The position numbers were made by a program, and so were the translations under genes. From contig JAAOMT010000772.1 in assembly GCA_016748015.1 (NCBI GenBank), positions 375,541 through 439,540 of the forward strand: a stretch of DNA of 64,000 bases, given 5' to 3'. How positions within the stretch are numbered: the first letter of the stretch is position 1; each line of letters starts with the position of its first letter. Below the pieces are notes generated by a model that worked only from the letters and a program-made list of their open reading frames with translations, did no database searches and was not told where the DNA came from. Below, one piece after another: positions 1 to 12,072 of the stretch. This DNA is from Geosiphon pyriformis uo1 (lineage: Eukaryota > Fungi > Glomeromycota).

Positions 1-575
1 TGTATCTTACTTTAGATTTATTACTTAGAACCATTTTTTTATATACACAAAAAAAAATAAATATCAAATAATTCAAAAAACCAAATTCTTTAATTATTGC
101 ACTTGAAAAATTCCCAAAACCCAACTAACGTTTTGAAATTGATTAGCTACTAATTTCAGTAAAACTGTTAGTGACTCCAGGCCTGGATAGAAAACGTTTC
201 TCTTAACAGAATTCTATTTCTTTTACATTTCTTTTATTTTCTTTCTTTTATTTTCTTATTATAATCATTAGGGTAGCCTACAGATAAGATTCCTGTAGAA
301 GAGTTGACTTTTACAGCAAAGTAACTACACATTTTAGTGAACTTCCAGATGAGCAATTCCTGAGAAAAAGTTGACGTTTACTACAACGTAACTACATGAA
401 GCAACTGGCACGAAATTGGCCATTCCACTTATAAGCTCAGTAGTTCAAATTATAGGAGATAATTTAAAGATAAAAATTCAGTTATCGGAGATTCAAACAC
501 TTCCCATAGTCATGAATTAACAGCATTACAACAAACATACAAGAGCTAAAAAGAAACCAAAAACCTCCAATAACA
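1..575 (+). repeat. 5' LTR (3' part only)
   Basis: Aligns without gaps to 8895-9469 and ends in ...ATAACA immediately before the PBS. Confidence 0.96.
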
Positions 576-577
576 TT

Positions 578-593
578 TGGTGCTCTCCCACAG
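578..593 (+). promoter_or_regulatory. Primer-binding site (TGGTGCTCTCCCACAG)
   Basis: TGG begins 2 nt after the LTR-terminal CA and is complementary to a tRNA ending ...GAGAGCACCA. The isoacceptor cannot be assigned by eye. Confidence 0.85.
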
Positions 594-620
594 AAACAAC
601 ACAGTAAAAACAACTTCAAA

Positions 621-2640
621 GTGGTGACCACACCAGATGCAACAACTCTAGAGTATTACCAGTCAATTTACACCCATTGCAAGCAAAGATTCAACATTCC
701 AGACGGAATTGAAGTTGTCAAGAAATCAGTATACCAATACATTGAAAACCGTATCAACAATTATCTTTTTGGAAATTACAATATCTTAGAAGTTAGAAGC
801 AATCTTTACAATAATTTAGTATATTATTCACAGTTGGAAACTGAAGACCTTAACAGTGAAACACTTGCCACTTACTTTCAAGAACTTAATTTTAACATTA
901 TCAAGTACTGTGAAGAAACATATCCAGTGCAGTCTCAATATTCTATTGATTTTGAATCAGAGACAGAAACAAGCAACAAAGGCAAACAAAAATTGAAGCA
1001 ATACTCAAAAACCACCCCAAATACTCCAATACTACCAAAAACAACTGCCAAACACTTACAAACATCTGAACAAAGAACCAGTTCAAAACTTCCACTTACT
1101 ATAACACCTTTTTCAGCTTTACTTGCACAAGCACAAACACCTAATTCACTCTTAAATTGATTTGCAAGACTAAAAGATTTTACATCACCCAGAAGTCCCA
1201 CCAAACAACAAGAACCCCTTCAAACTAATTCTAATCTCCTTGACTTTCTAGCTGAAAATTGAAGTGAACACTCTGAGACAGCAGTGAACGAAGAAAATGA
1301 CTCTAAAATATCTGAAGAAGAATCAATAGACAGTGAAAACGAAGAAGACAAAATGACAGCATACATTGCAAAAATCCCTAAATTTAATGAAGAAGACATT
1401 GAGACCAGTCCCCAAGAATGGCTCGACCAAGTTACTAAAGCTGGAGATGCAAATGGATGGAATGCTGCCAGAATGTTAAGAACAATTCCCTATTTTCTCA
1501 AAGAAACAGCAGGTAAATGGTTCGAAAACTTAACCACCCTTTTTAATGACTGAACAGCTTTCAAAATTGCCTTTTTAAAACAATTCACCAATAACAACAC
1601 CTCAATTACACTTTGAAATTGTTTTTACAATATCAAACAAGAACCCTCCGAATCTGTCATGACTTATATTGGGAAATTCAACAAACTTCTCAGACAAATT
1701 TGCCAACTTGAAAATAATGATTATTATTCTGATGCTCAAATCTTGGATCAATTTATTGCTGGTTTAAAGGATAAACTGATTAAAAAAGTTCACCCACATG
1801 TTCCAGAAGATTTAAACTTTGCCATTCAGCATGCAAAGAGATATAAAATGGCCATAGAAGAAGCCAATTGTACAAAACTCGTGAACTTAGCCATTGGAAA
1901 GACCAGCTCAGCAGCTGAAAAGAAAATTAACCAACTCACAAAAAAAGTTGAAAACTATTTCACCAACCAACAACAACAGCAACCCCAAAGATATCAACTG
2001 CCCAAAGACAGAATCAAAACAACTTCATATCATCCTCTAATAACCAGTCTCAGAATTGCCATTACTGTGGAATCCCTGGCCACTAAAAAAGAGATTGCAG
2101 AAAGCTACAACAAGACCAACAAAACAGGAGTAATTAATGTTACTCTTCACCACAACAATCTTATTACCAACCATCACTACCACCAGCTTACTATCCACCA
2201 AGACCGCAATATCAAACTGACTACTATCAATCTGCTCTACAGCCAATGCAACAACAGTATCGACAACCCATTCAATATTACCAAGTACCTGCTCGAAGAT
2301 TGGTTCAACAAAACCAATTTGTACCACAAAACTGATTTGTAACAAACAACAACAGAATCAACCCAAATAACCAATTAGTTCCCCAAAATCCAGCTCAGCC
2401 AAGACCCACCCATTATTATACTCAATCTAGCTATTTTACAATACTTAAAGAACAGGATTTTCACCATACTGCACTTTCAGAAAGTAGAGCTGCAACATGA
2501 CAACAAAACCCTTCCTATACTCCTACCATAATCCCACCAGCCAGAATTGCTGAAAATGCCAACCTTTCAGATATATTTTCTTTTGAGTTCGAAGCAAATG
2601 AGTCACCATTCCTGCTTAGCAATGCAGCCGCCAATGAACA
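621..2640 (+). pseudogene. gag: gag (N-terminal extension, capsid-like region, CCHC zinc knuckle)
   Basis: Capsid-like TAYIAKIPKFN...SPQEWL...RTIPYFL from 1353, and CHYCGIPGH*KRDC at 2057-2098. Contains stops and a 1-nt frameshift near 2000. Confidence 0.9.
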
Positions 2641-2649
2641 AAAAGCAAT

Positions 2650-3030
2650 CACTGCTATGTACACTGAAACAGAAGTTGAAGGAAAGGCAATTTGCTTAAT
2701 CCTAGACAATGGATCTGTTGGAAGCATCATCACCTACCAGTTAATGCAACAGTTAAAGAGAAATGTCAACTGACCAGCTCAAACAGTAATTGTTACTGCC
2801 AATAGCATGAAAAAGACTCCAGTAGGAGAAATTGACAATTTTCTGTTCACTTTTGATGGAATCACTATTCCAGTCAAAGTTTTTGTAATAGACACGCCCC
2901 AGTATTAAGTCCTTGTTAGAAATAATTGGCTCCAAAAAGCCAATGCAAAATTAGACTGGGAAACTCAAGAATTACAACTCTCCTATCAAGAACAATATGC
3001 TTAAGTACCTGCTACTTGTAGTACATTCAA
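2650..3030 (+). pseudogene. Retroviral-type aspartic protease domain of pol
   Basis: ICLILDNGSVGSII at ~2690-2730 (DSG changed to DNG by G>A), followed by a VLVRNNWL (G-x-D-W-like) segment, in the same frame as the knuckle and RT. Confidence 0.85.
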
Positions 3031-3253
3031 CAAATAATCAGAGAAAACCTCTGTCTTCAAATTTGAAGAAGAGGAAGAAAAGCCTGTAGTCAAAACATTT
3101 ATGGTACTTGAATCAACATCTAACTGGGCTGAAGAAACTGAGCAAACATATTTTGCAACAAACTCATATTCAGAGGAACCAGAAACTTCTGGATGGAACA
3201 TCCCATATTCAAAACCAGAACCATAAAAACAACACTCTTACATTCCACTCAAA

Positions 3254-3853
3254 TGTAAAGATTGCCACAAAAAACTTTCATCAATGAGAGCCTGCATTTT
3301 ACCTGAAGAAAAATATGAAAATCATACTTGTTATTACTGCAATACTTGCCACAGAGAACGATGGAGCCACCTAATAAAAAAAAGTGGAAAATGGGACAAC
3401 ACCTCTTGTTTGACTTGTGGAAATATGTTACCAGAAGAATGCAATTGGATTGATGTAACAATGAAAGGAGGAGTCTGCGATCAAACCTGCCAATATGCTT
3501 TATCAATTTCAGAAAAAGTCAAAAGAGGAACACTTTTTGATACTGCTTACAATAGTGCTTTCAACAAACTGTACCATTATCCTCACGATGCTGAAATGAT
3601 TTTCGATTTAGCAATGGCTTTAATCAACAGAGCCACTCAAAAAAATGTTCATCAAATGAAAAAATCAGAATACATTGCATACACCTTTGAAATTGCTGGA
3701 TACAACTACGAAGATGAAGTAGAAGTATATCACCAAATTGCCAGTTATATCTACCCGACTAAAGAAGCTCAAGCTCAATGGCTAGAGCAAATGAACATTA
3801 AATTATGTGAGGAATGCATAATGCCTTGTGATGAACAATGGTGTCCTGAATGC
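3254..3853 (+). other. Cys-rich putative multi-zinc-binding domain inside pol
   Basis: CKDC, CNTC, CLTC, CDQTC, CEEC and CPEC pairs in the pol frame between PR and dUTPase. Confidence 0.65.
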
Positions 3854-3979
3854 TATGCTTTTAGCATTTCTTTGCTCAGTGAAAGTGATGAATATAAAAT
3901 TGAATTCGGAGAACCTAAAGCAACAGAAAAAATAGAAGCCACACTCGTCTATCTCATCGAAAATCAGCCTGTTTCACAA

Positions 3980-4405
3980 CTCAAATACTTTAACAACAAT
4001 GGACAAGGAATAAAGCCTGAAAAAGCCCACGAAATTGATGCTAGATACGATCTAAGATATCCAGGAAAAGATACTCTTACTCTCAAACCTAAATTGCTCA
4101 CAAAAATCAACCTCAAAATTGCCCTTGAAATTCCACCAGGAGCAATGATTCAAATCACTTCACAATCATTATTGGCAAGCAAAGAAATCAATGTTAGAGG
4201 AGGAATCATAGATGCTGGATATACAGGAGACATTACAATCATGTTACAAAATGAAACTGATAAACCTTTTCAGATTGAACATGCTGAAAAAATTGCTCAA
4301 GCTATTTATTTACCCTTAATCAACATTTCGGATTTACAATTAGTCAGTCAAAGAGAACAATTGGGAAAAAGTGAAAGAGGAACCAATGGTTTTGGTTCAA
4401 CTGGA
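3980..4405 (+). pseudogene. dut: Trimeric dUTPase domain inside pol
   Basis: All five motifs in order: DARYDL (AGYDL), ITSQSLLA (RSS), GIIDAGYTG, EKIAQAI and RGTNGFGSTG. Confidence 0.93.
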
Positions 4406-4843
4406 CAATTCACAGTTCCAGTAAACATAGCTCTTAATGAACAAAGTGAATCTCACCAGATTCTACGACTTCCACAACCAATTACTATTTCACCTTTTGG
4501 GAAACATCTGGAAATCTACATCTGCCCAAAGCCAACAACCACACAACAAATTTTTGAATCCAACAAACAAGTCTGCTTGGAACATAATATCTCAATCCCA
4601 AACATTTATATTTCAGAAGAAACAAAGAAAGTCTAAGTTACTTTTTACAATCCCAATAATTATCTCATAGTTTTATTAAATAACTTAGAAATTGGAGTCA
4701 TTCACAGTAACATCTTTCAACAAGAACTACCCCAAACAGTTCCCAATTTCTCAGAAATTATTAGACATTTACTACCAAAAATCAACCCAAACCCCAGCTC
4801 TAAAAATTACCATGTTGTTATAGAAAAACTATCTCAAATCAAC

Positions 4844-6247
4844 ATGGGACAACTTGAACCACAACAACAAAACCAGCTTAAAGAGCTAATTGCAGAATTT
4901 GCCGATATCTTTGCCAAAAACAACAATGACTTAAGAAGAACCAATTTGGTTCAACACCAAATCTATACAGAAAATGTCAAACCAAGACAACAACAAGTCT
5001 ACCGAGTTGCTCTAAAAAGTCACCAATTTATCCAAGAAGAAGTACAACAGATGCTTAACAATAGACTTATTCAACCATCAATGAGTCCATAAGCCTCATC
5101 TGTGGTCTTAGTTAAAAAAAAATATGGAAAGATATGATTTTGTGTTGATTATCAACAACTCAACAGCATCACTATTGGAGATGCCTACCCTCTTCCCTCA
5201 ATTAATGACATGTTGGATGCTCTTGGAAAGTCCAAATACTTTTCGACATTAGATTTAGAGAGCGAATACTGGCAAGTTGCCATGAATCCCAAAGATCGCC
5301 CCAAAACAGTATTCACCACTCAAGAAAGAAATTACGAGTTCAATATAATGCCTTTTGGATTATGCAATGCATCAGCAACATTCCAAAAACTCATGGATGT
5401 TGTTTACAAAAGCCTTCTTTGGAAATCAGTAGTTGTCTATCTCGATGATACTGATGTTTATTCACCATCTTTTAAATTACACTTAAAACACCTGTGAAAA
5501 GTTTTTCAATGATTACAGAAAGCAGGATTAAAACTGAACATTGAAAAATGTTACTTCAGAAAAATGAGTTTGGCCTTTCTTGGTCACATTGTTAGTAAAG
5601 ATAGAATCAAACCTGATCCAGAAAAAATAAGCACTGTCAAAAATTTCAAAACTCCTCGAAATACCACAGAACTAAGAGGATTCATCGGATTAGCATCCTA
5701 CTATTGGAAGTTTATCAAAGGATTCTCGGAAATTGCAAAACCTCTCAACCAGCTCATCACCAAAAATGTTGAATACAAATGAACTACTAAACACCAAAAA
5801 GCTTTTGAAATTCTCAAGGAAAAGCTGACAACAGCTCCAATTCTTGTCTACCCAGACTTCAGTAACTGATTTTAACTAGCCACAGATGCTTTTTACACTG
5901 CTTTTGGTGCCATTTTGTCATAATTAGATAACCAGGAAGATGAGCAAGTAATTGCTTATGCCAGCAGAACATTAAAACCAGCCAAAAAAAACTATTCTGT
6001 CACTGAATTGGAAACAGCAGCTGTAATTTGGGCCCTATATCATTTCAACCTTTATTTCCAACCAAAGGAATTTGATATTATCACTGATAATATTAGACTC
6101 AAATGGCTTCAGAACAAAAATACTCAGCTGAATGCCAAACAAACCTGATGGACAGAATTTTTAGCCAACTACTGATACATTGTACACCATAAACCAGGAA
6201 AACTCCATACCAACATTGATTGTCTTTCAAGAATGAGGCAAGATTAG
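4844..6247 (+). pseudogene. pol: Reverse transcriptase and RNase H
   Basis: FCVDY, YFSTLDL, MPFGLCNA, YLDD (5438-5449), FLGHIV, ATDA, AYASR, ELE, ITD and DCLSR motifs, with scattered stops. Confidence 0.95.
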
Positions 6248-6296
6248 AACACAAAACTAACACCCATTTGAAATAACAGCAACAAAATGACAAACA

Positions 6297-7682
6297 ATGA
6301 ATCCCGAAAACTACAACAATCTTAAACAATATTTGAAGACATTAACAATCCCAACAGATTGGTCCCCAGATAAAAAACATTAGTTACAACAACAAGCCAA
6401 ACAATACTTCCTACACAACAACATGATTTATTATCGAAACTTCAGAAATCCAGACAAGCTGCTCAGATTAATACAAGAACATAAAAAAGAAAATATTTTA
6501 TATAACATGCACTCAGACTCTTCATCAACACATCTAAGAAAAGACAGCACCATCCAGAGAACACTAGAATATTACTTTTGGCCTCGAATGAAAAAAGACA
6601 TCCATCAATATGTTAAGTTTTGTAATAGTTGTCAAAAAAGAGGAAGAACTTGCCCTACAGAATCTTTAAATCCAATCAAAGTTGGACAGTCTTTTGACTG
6701 AGTTGGTATTAATTTAGTTGGACCACTACCTATCACAAACCAAGAAAACCGTTATATTGCAGTAGCTGTAGACTATCTCACCAAATGGCCTAAAACCAGA
6801 ACCATTCAATGAGCAGATGCGAAATCAGTAGCAAACTTCATCTATGAAGACATCATTTGTAGACATAGATGCCCAATAGAACTTTTATCTGATCAAGGAA
6901 CACATTTTGTGAACAATTTAATCCAAAAAATTTGTGGACGATTTAATGTCAAAAGACTATTATCTTCGCCCTACTATTTATAAACAAATGGACTTGTAGA
7001 ACATTTTAACAGAACATTGTGTGAATCATTAGCCAAAGTCTCAACCAATTTTGAGCAAGAATGGGATCTCTTTATTCTATTAGTGTTACTAGCATATAGA
7101 ACACTAAAACAAGATACCACAAAACACACATCATTTGATTTAATCTACAGAAGAACAGCAACATTACCAATTAGTTTTATAATAGAAACATATCCAGTAC
7201 AACTAATTAATAAAGACAACTTTCAGGAAACACTACAACAAAGAGCCTACACTCTGCTTAGCACGTTGGAAAGAAAATAATGAATAGCAGCCACCCATAT
7301 TGAACACTCTCAAGCTCAACAAAAAGAATGGCATGACAACAAATTGCCACCAGTCACCAATGAATTTAAAATTGGAAACAAAGTTCTCTTACACAGAACT
7401 AAAGCTGAAAAACAATGGAGTGGAAAATTTGAAAATAAATAAGATGGACCATTCTTTATCCATAAAGTTCTAGGCAACAGATCATACAAGCTAAGACTTG
7501 ATGACAAAATCCTAGCAAAAGTTGCACATGGTGATTGTTTGAAACACTATAATTCCAGAAACAATTCTGAACTATTAATTCCACAAATTGGTACACATTC
7601 CCCTTTAATCAATCCCAAAGATATTTCCCAAAATTTAGAACTAATAGTTGTCATTGAACAACTTTCCAACTTGAACACTTAA
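6297..7682 (+). pseudogene. Integrase (HHCC, DDE, GPF/Y tail; no chromodomain)
   Basis: Starts MNPENYNNLKQYL. Has H..H..CNSC, VDYLTKW, LSDQG, GLVE and DGPF motifs, in a different frame from RT-RH. Confidence 0.93.
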
Positions 7683-7804
7683 CTTAAATTTATTATTATA
7701 GTTATTTCCTTATAATTTAGAAACAATCTCACAAAAACAAAACAAAAATAACATAAAAACCCATACACCAAAAATAATTTTCTTTTATTTTTAAATCTCT
7801 TATA

Positions 7805-8524
7805 ATGACTATTTATTAAAACATTCAACAATTATTCCAAAAACTAATGTTAACTTTAAAAACAATACCCGAATTATCTATTACTGTTACTGGAAGCCAC
7901 ATTAATTATACCCAAACAGAAGTAGTTACAAATTTAGCCCCAAATTCACGAAAATATCACCTGTATAAGAAGAACACAAGAAGTTATTCTGGAATTCACC
8001 TGCCAGAACTTTTAAAGCTTGCTTTAAAAGAAAACTTAATGCTTACTCCTATTAGTATTCTACCAAATGCTACTATTCAACAAAAACTTCAACTGTGTCT
8101 TAACGAAGAAAACTACAACTATACCCCAATATATAGATATTTTTACATTGGAAAAACACTTCACAAATGAAAACAGAAGCTTACAGTAGCAAATCTCACA
8201 AAAGAAGCTATTTAAAAACAACTCCACAACGAATTCAAGACAACAGCTGGACCTACAAACAGTTGTTATAAACTAAGAACTGCTCTTAGACTTTATGACC
8301 TATTTCACACCTGTGAAAACGTCCTACAAAACCCAATTTTACAACCCTTGAAGATTCAATATATTGAAAAGCTCACAGAACTGGAATTTTAAAAATTTTC
8401 AGACCAAATTTCTTCAAAAATCTTGAATTACTATCTGGAAATTACAGACAGTACTTGGACTTCAACGGAGCTCAGTCTTGAGGAGGAGGTTATGTTACCA
8501 GACAAAATTAGAGATATTGCTTAG
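7805..8524 (+). pseudogene. Extra ORF (~239 aa) at the env position, unknown function
   Basis: One frame from ATG 7805 to TAG 8522-8524. Its four internal stops are all TAA/TGA revertible to CAA/CGA. It reads through the PPT into the 3' LTR. Confidence 0.75.
8480..8489 (+). promoter_or_regulatory. Polypurine tract GAGGAGGAGG
   Basis: Ends 3 nt before the TG that starts the 3' LTR. Confidence 0.85.
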
Positions 8525-9469
8525 CATGAAATTACCTTTATAATTCTTATCATTAATTAGCATTTCAAATTATCACTTATTACATTAGCAAAATATCTGA
8601 AATTATTATTTAATTAATAACCCAATTTGTACATGACACAAATGTAATCTAATTGCGATGATCAATTATGCAATACCCCAAACTATGTAACATTCAAAAA
8701 GTTCACTAAAATTTGTAGAAATTCACCGAAATAATTGATAGTTCACCAAAATATCTAATAGTTTGCAGAAATAACTTGTAGTTTGCCGAAATGTATCTTT
8801 AATTCAGCAAAATTGTAGAAAATAGCAAAGTTCAAGTTCATAAAATAGTGTTATGACAAGTTGTATAAAAGAAGAGCTTCTTTTTTTGAGAAAATATATC
8901 TTACTTTAGATTTATTACTTAGAACCATTTTTTTACACACACAAAAAGAAATAAATATTAAATAATTCAAAAAACCAAATTCTTTAATTATTGCACTTGG
9001 AAAATCCCCAAAACCCAACTAACGTTTTGAAATTGATTAGCTACCAATTTTAGTAAAACTGTTAGTGACTCCAGGTCTAGATAGAAAACGTTTTCCTTGA
9101 CAGAATTCTATTTTTTTTATATTTTTTTTATTTTCTTTTTTTTATTTTTTTATTATAATCATTAGGGTAGCCTACAGATAAGATTCCTGTAGAAAAGTTG
9201 ACTTTTACAGCAAAATAACTACACATTTTAGTGAGCTTCCAAATGAGCAATTCCTGAAAAAGAGTTAACGTTTACTACAATGTAACTACACAAAACAACT
9301 GGCACAGAATTGGCTATTCTACTTATAAGCCCAGCAGTTCAAATTATAGGAGATAATTTAAAGATAAAAATTCAGTTATTAGAGGTTCAAACACTTCCCA
9401 TAGTCGTGAATTAACAACATTACAACAAACATACAAGAGCTAAAAAGAGACCAAAAACCTCCAGTAACA
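8493..9469 (+). repeat. 3' LTR (977 bp)
   Basis: Bounded by TGTTAC...GTAACA inverted repeats. Contains TATAAAA at 8864-8870, and its last 575 bp match 1-575. Confidence 0.95.
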
Positions 9470-10091
9470 ATGTCTTGAAAAACAACCAGAATATTTGCTT
9501 ATATGGAGTTAACAGTCATTAATTCAGAAATAATTGTTTTTGTAAAAGAGTCTAATTTACTTGGAAAAAATTAAAAACAGAAGCAGTTTAATAGCTTTTT
9601 TTTTTGTTTCAAAAAAGTTTTAGTTAACTAATAAGTAGCAATTCAAATATGGATTTAGTAATTCAAGTATTTAAAATTAAAAGGCTGTTGTTTAAAGATT
9701 ATGAAATATAAAAACTAATTAATGTTGTTGTTTTTTTCTTTAAAATTGTTTTTAAAATAAGCTTGGTTAAAGAAATAAATTGTATAAACTGTATAGATTT
9801 TAGCTAAATGTTTATTTAAAAACCAGTTCTAAAAGTCTTGAAATTGCCTGTTGAATTGTTTTTAACAGAAAAACAAATCAAACAAAAAGACAGAAGATTA
9901 AGTTTAATAAAGTTTAGGTTGTTTTTGTTGTAAACTATAAAGTATTTTTTAATTATTATAACAGATATAAATAATTTTTCATACAATAAGAAACAAAAAT
10001 AAATTTTAATAATCTTATAAGAAGTACTATTTTTATGTTATAAATTAAAATAACAAGTTAATAGATAGCAAGATAAAACAAGATTATATGA

Positions 10092-12030
10092 TATTATTAG
10101 TAGAATTTAGTTATTAATTAACATAAAATTATTCTTATAATTTTTATTATTAATTAGCATATATTATTATTGGTTTAATTATTATTTATAATTTAATTAA
10201 ATTATCAAATATTACCATTTAATTAATAACTTAATTTATATGATACATAATTGTAATAATCAGATTATATAATACACCAAATTTTGTAATATTTAAAAAT
10301 TTGCCAAAATTTATAGAATTTTGTAAAATAATTCAATAGTTTACCAAAATAATTTATAGTTTATAAAAACAACTTGTAATTTACCAAAATATATTTTTAG
10401 TTTATCAAAATAATAGTAAAGAAAAAAATGCAAATTTAAAGACTAATACTACAACAAATTGTATAAAAAAAAAACTTTTTTCTTTGAAATAATGTATTTT
10501 TTATTTTACTTAAAATCATATTATCTTAAAAATATTTTTATTTTTATCAATCAATAAAACAATACTTTGAAAAAACAAATTCATTAATTATTTGCATTTA
10601 AGATTCTCCAAAATCTAATTAATGTTTTGAAATTAATTAGCTACCAATTTTAGTAATTTGTTAATAATTTTAAGCCTAAACAAAAAACGATTTTCTTAAA
10701 CAAAATTTCTTTTCTTTTACTATTTTTTTATTTTTTTATTTTTTTCTTATTAAAAACATTAGAATAGTCTATAAACAAAACTCTTGTAGAAAAATTGACT
10801 TTTACAGCAAAATAATTACACATTTTTAGTAAGCTTTTAGATGAGTAATTTCTGAAAAAGAGTTAACTTTTATCACAAAATAACTATACAAATAACTGGT
10901 ACAAAATTGATTATTCTACTTATAAGTCTAGCAGTTCAAATTATAGGAGATAATTTGAAAATAAATTCAGTTATTAGAGATTTAACAGCTTTTAGTAATC
11001 ATGAATTAACAGCAAAATAATATTAACAACATTTAAAAAAAGAGACCAAAAACCTTTGATAACATTTAGTGTTCTTCTACAGATTAATACAGCAACAACT
11101 TCAAAGTGATGATTTTAGTAAACACAACTACTCTAAAGTATTATCAGTCAATTTACACACATTGCAAACAGAGATTCAATATTTAAAATGAAATTGAACA
11201 TTTTAAGAAAACACTTTACTAATACATCAAAAATCACATCAACAATTATTTTTTTAGAGACTACAACATTTCAGAAGTCAAACACAATTTCTATGAAAAC
11301 TTGCTACACTATTCTGATGTAAGTACTGAAAATTGCAACAGCAAGACTCTTAATATCTACTTCCAAGAATTTGATTTCAACATTATCTAGTACTGTGAAG
11401 AGAAATATCCAGTACAGTTCAAATTTTCTTTTGACTTAGAATTGGAAGCATAAAATAGCAACAAAGAGAAACAAAAAAAAACTCCATAAATTAACCACAT
11501 TTCATACAACACATCAAGAATAACTATCAAACACTTACAAACATTTGAACAAGAAACAAACATTAAATTACCACTTTTAATCATGCCATTTCCCATTTCA
11601 TTTATGCAGCTGCAAACACCAAATTCTTCACTTATTTGTTTCTCAAGACCAGAAGATTTCATCTCACTCAGAAGCCCTACTCAACAGCCAGAACTCATAT
11701 TTACCAGCGCTAATCTTCTTGACTACTTAGCTAAAAACCAAAGTAATCATTCTGAAAACTTAGGTGACAAAGAAAATATTTCTGAATTCACTGAAGAAGA
11801 AACCAACAAAAATGAAAATGAAGAAATAACAACTGCATATATTGCAAAAATCTCAGAATTCACAGGAGAAGATGCTGATACCAGTCCTCAAGAATGGCTT
11901 GATAAAGTTTCAAAAGTAGGAGATGCAAATGGCTGAAACACAGCAAGAATCTTAAAAGCAATTCCTTACTTTCTTCAGGGAACAGCAGGAGAATGGTTTG
12001 AAAACTTAGGTGAACCATTTGAAAATTGGC
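10092..12030 (+). mobile_element. Second, more decayed and 3'-truncated Gypsy element of a related subfamily (LTR 10092-11064, PBS ~11067-11082, partial gag 11106-12030)
   Basis: LTR colinear with 8493-9469 (TGTTACCAG changed to TATTATTAG; ends ATAACA), PBS TAGTGTTCTTCTACAG, and gag homology (YYQSIYTHCKQRFNI; DTSPQEWLDKV; AIPYFL) that stops abruptly at ~12030. Confidence 0.9.
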
Positions 12031-12072
12031 GTATTAAATAATAATAATTATAATTTTTAAGAATAAAAATTG

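Larger units (their letters stand above)
1..9469 (+). mobile_element. Ty3/Gypsy LTR retrotransposon, inactivated; 5' LTR cut by the window edge
   Basis: Two LTR copies, PBS, PPT, gag zinc knuckle and PR-RT-RH-IN domain order. Many in-frame stops are explained by C>T or G>A changes. The 3' flank ATGTC (9470-9474) is the expected TSD; its partner lies outside the window. Confidence 0.97.

Noticed and set aside
6238-6279. 42-nt GC-AG intron fusing RNase H to integrase
   Set aside because: Its length is a multiple of 3, so removal does not reach the integrase frame.
935-7507. Short minus-strand ORFs within the retrotransposon
   Set aside because: They are antisense shadows of the plus-strand gag-pol with no independent motifs.
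7805-8524. ORF3 as a retroviral env
   Set aside because: No signal peptide, fusion peptide or transmembrane anchor, and it is too short.
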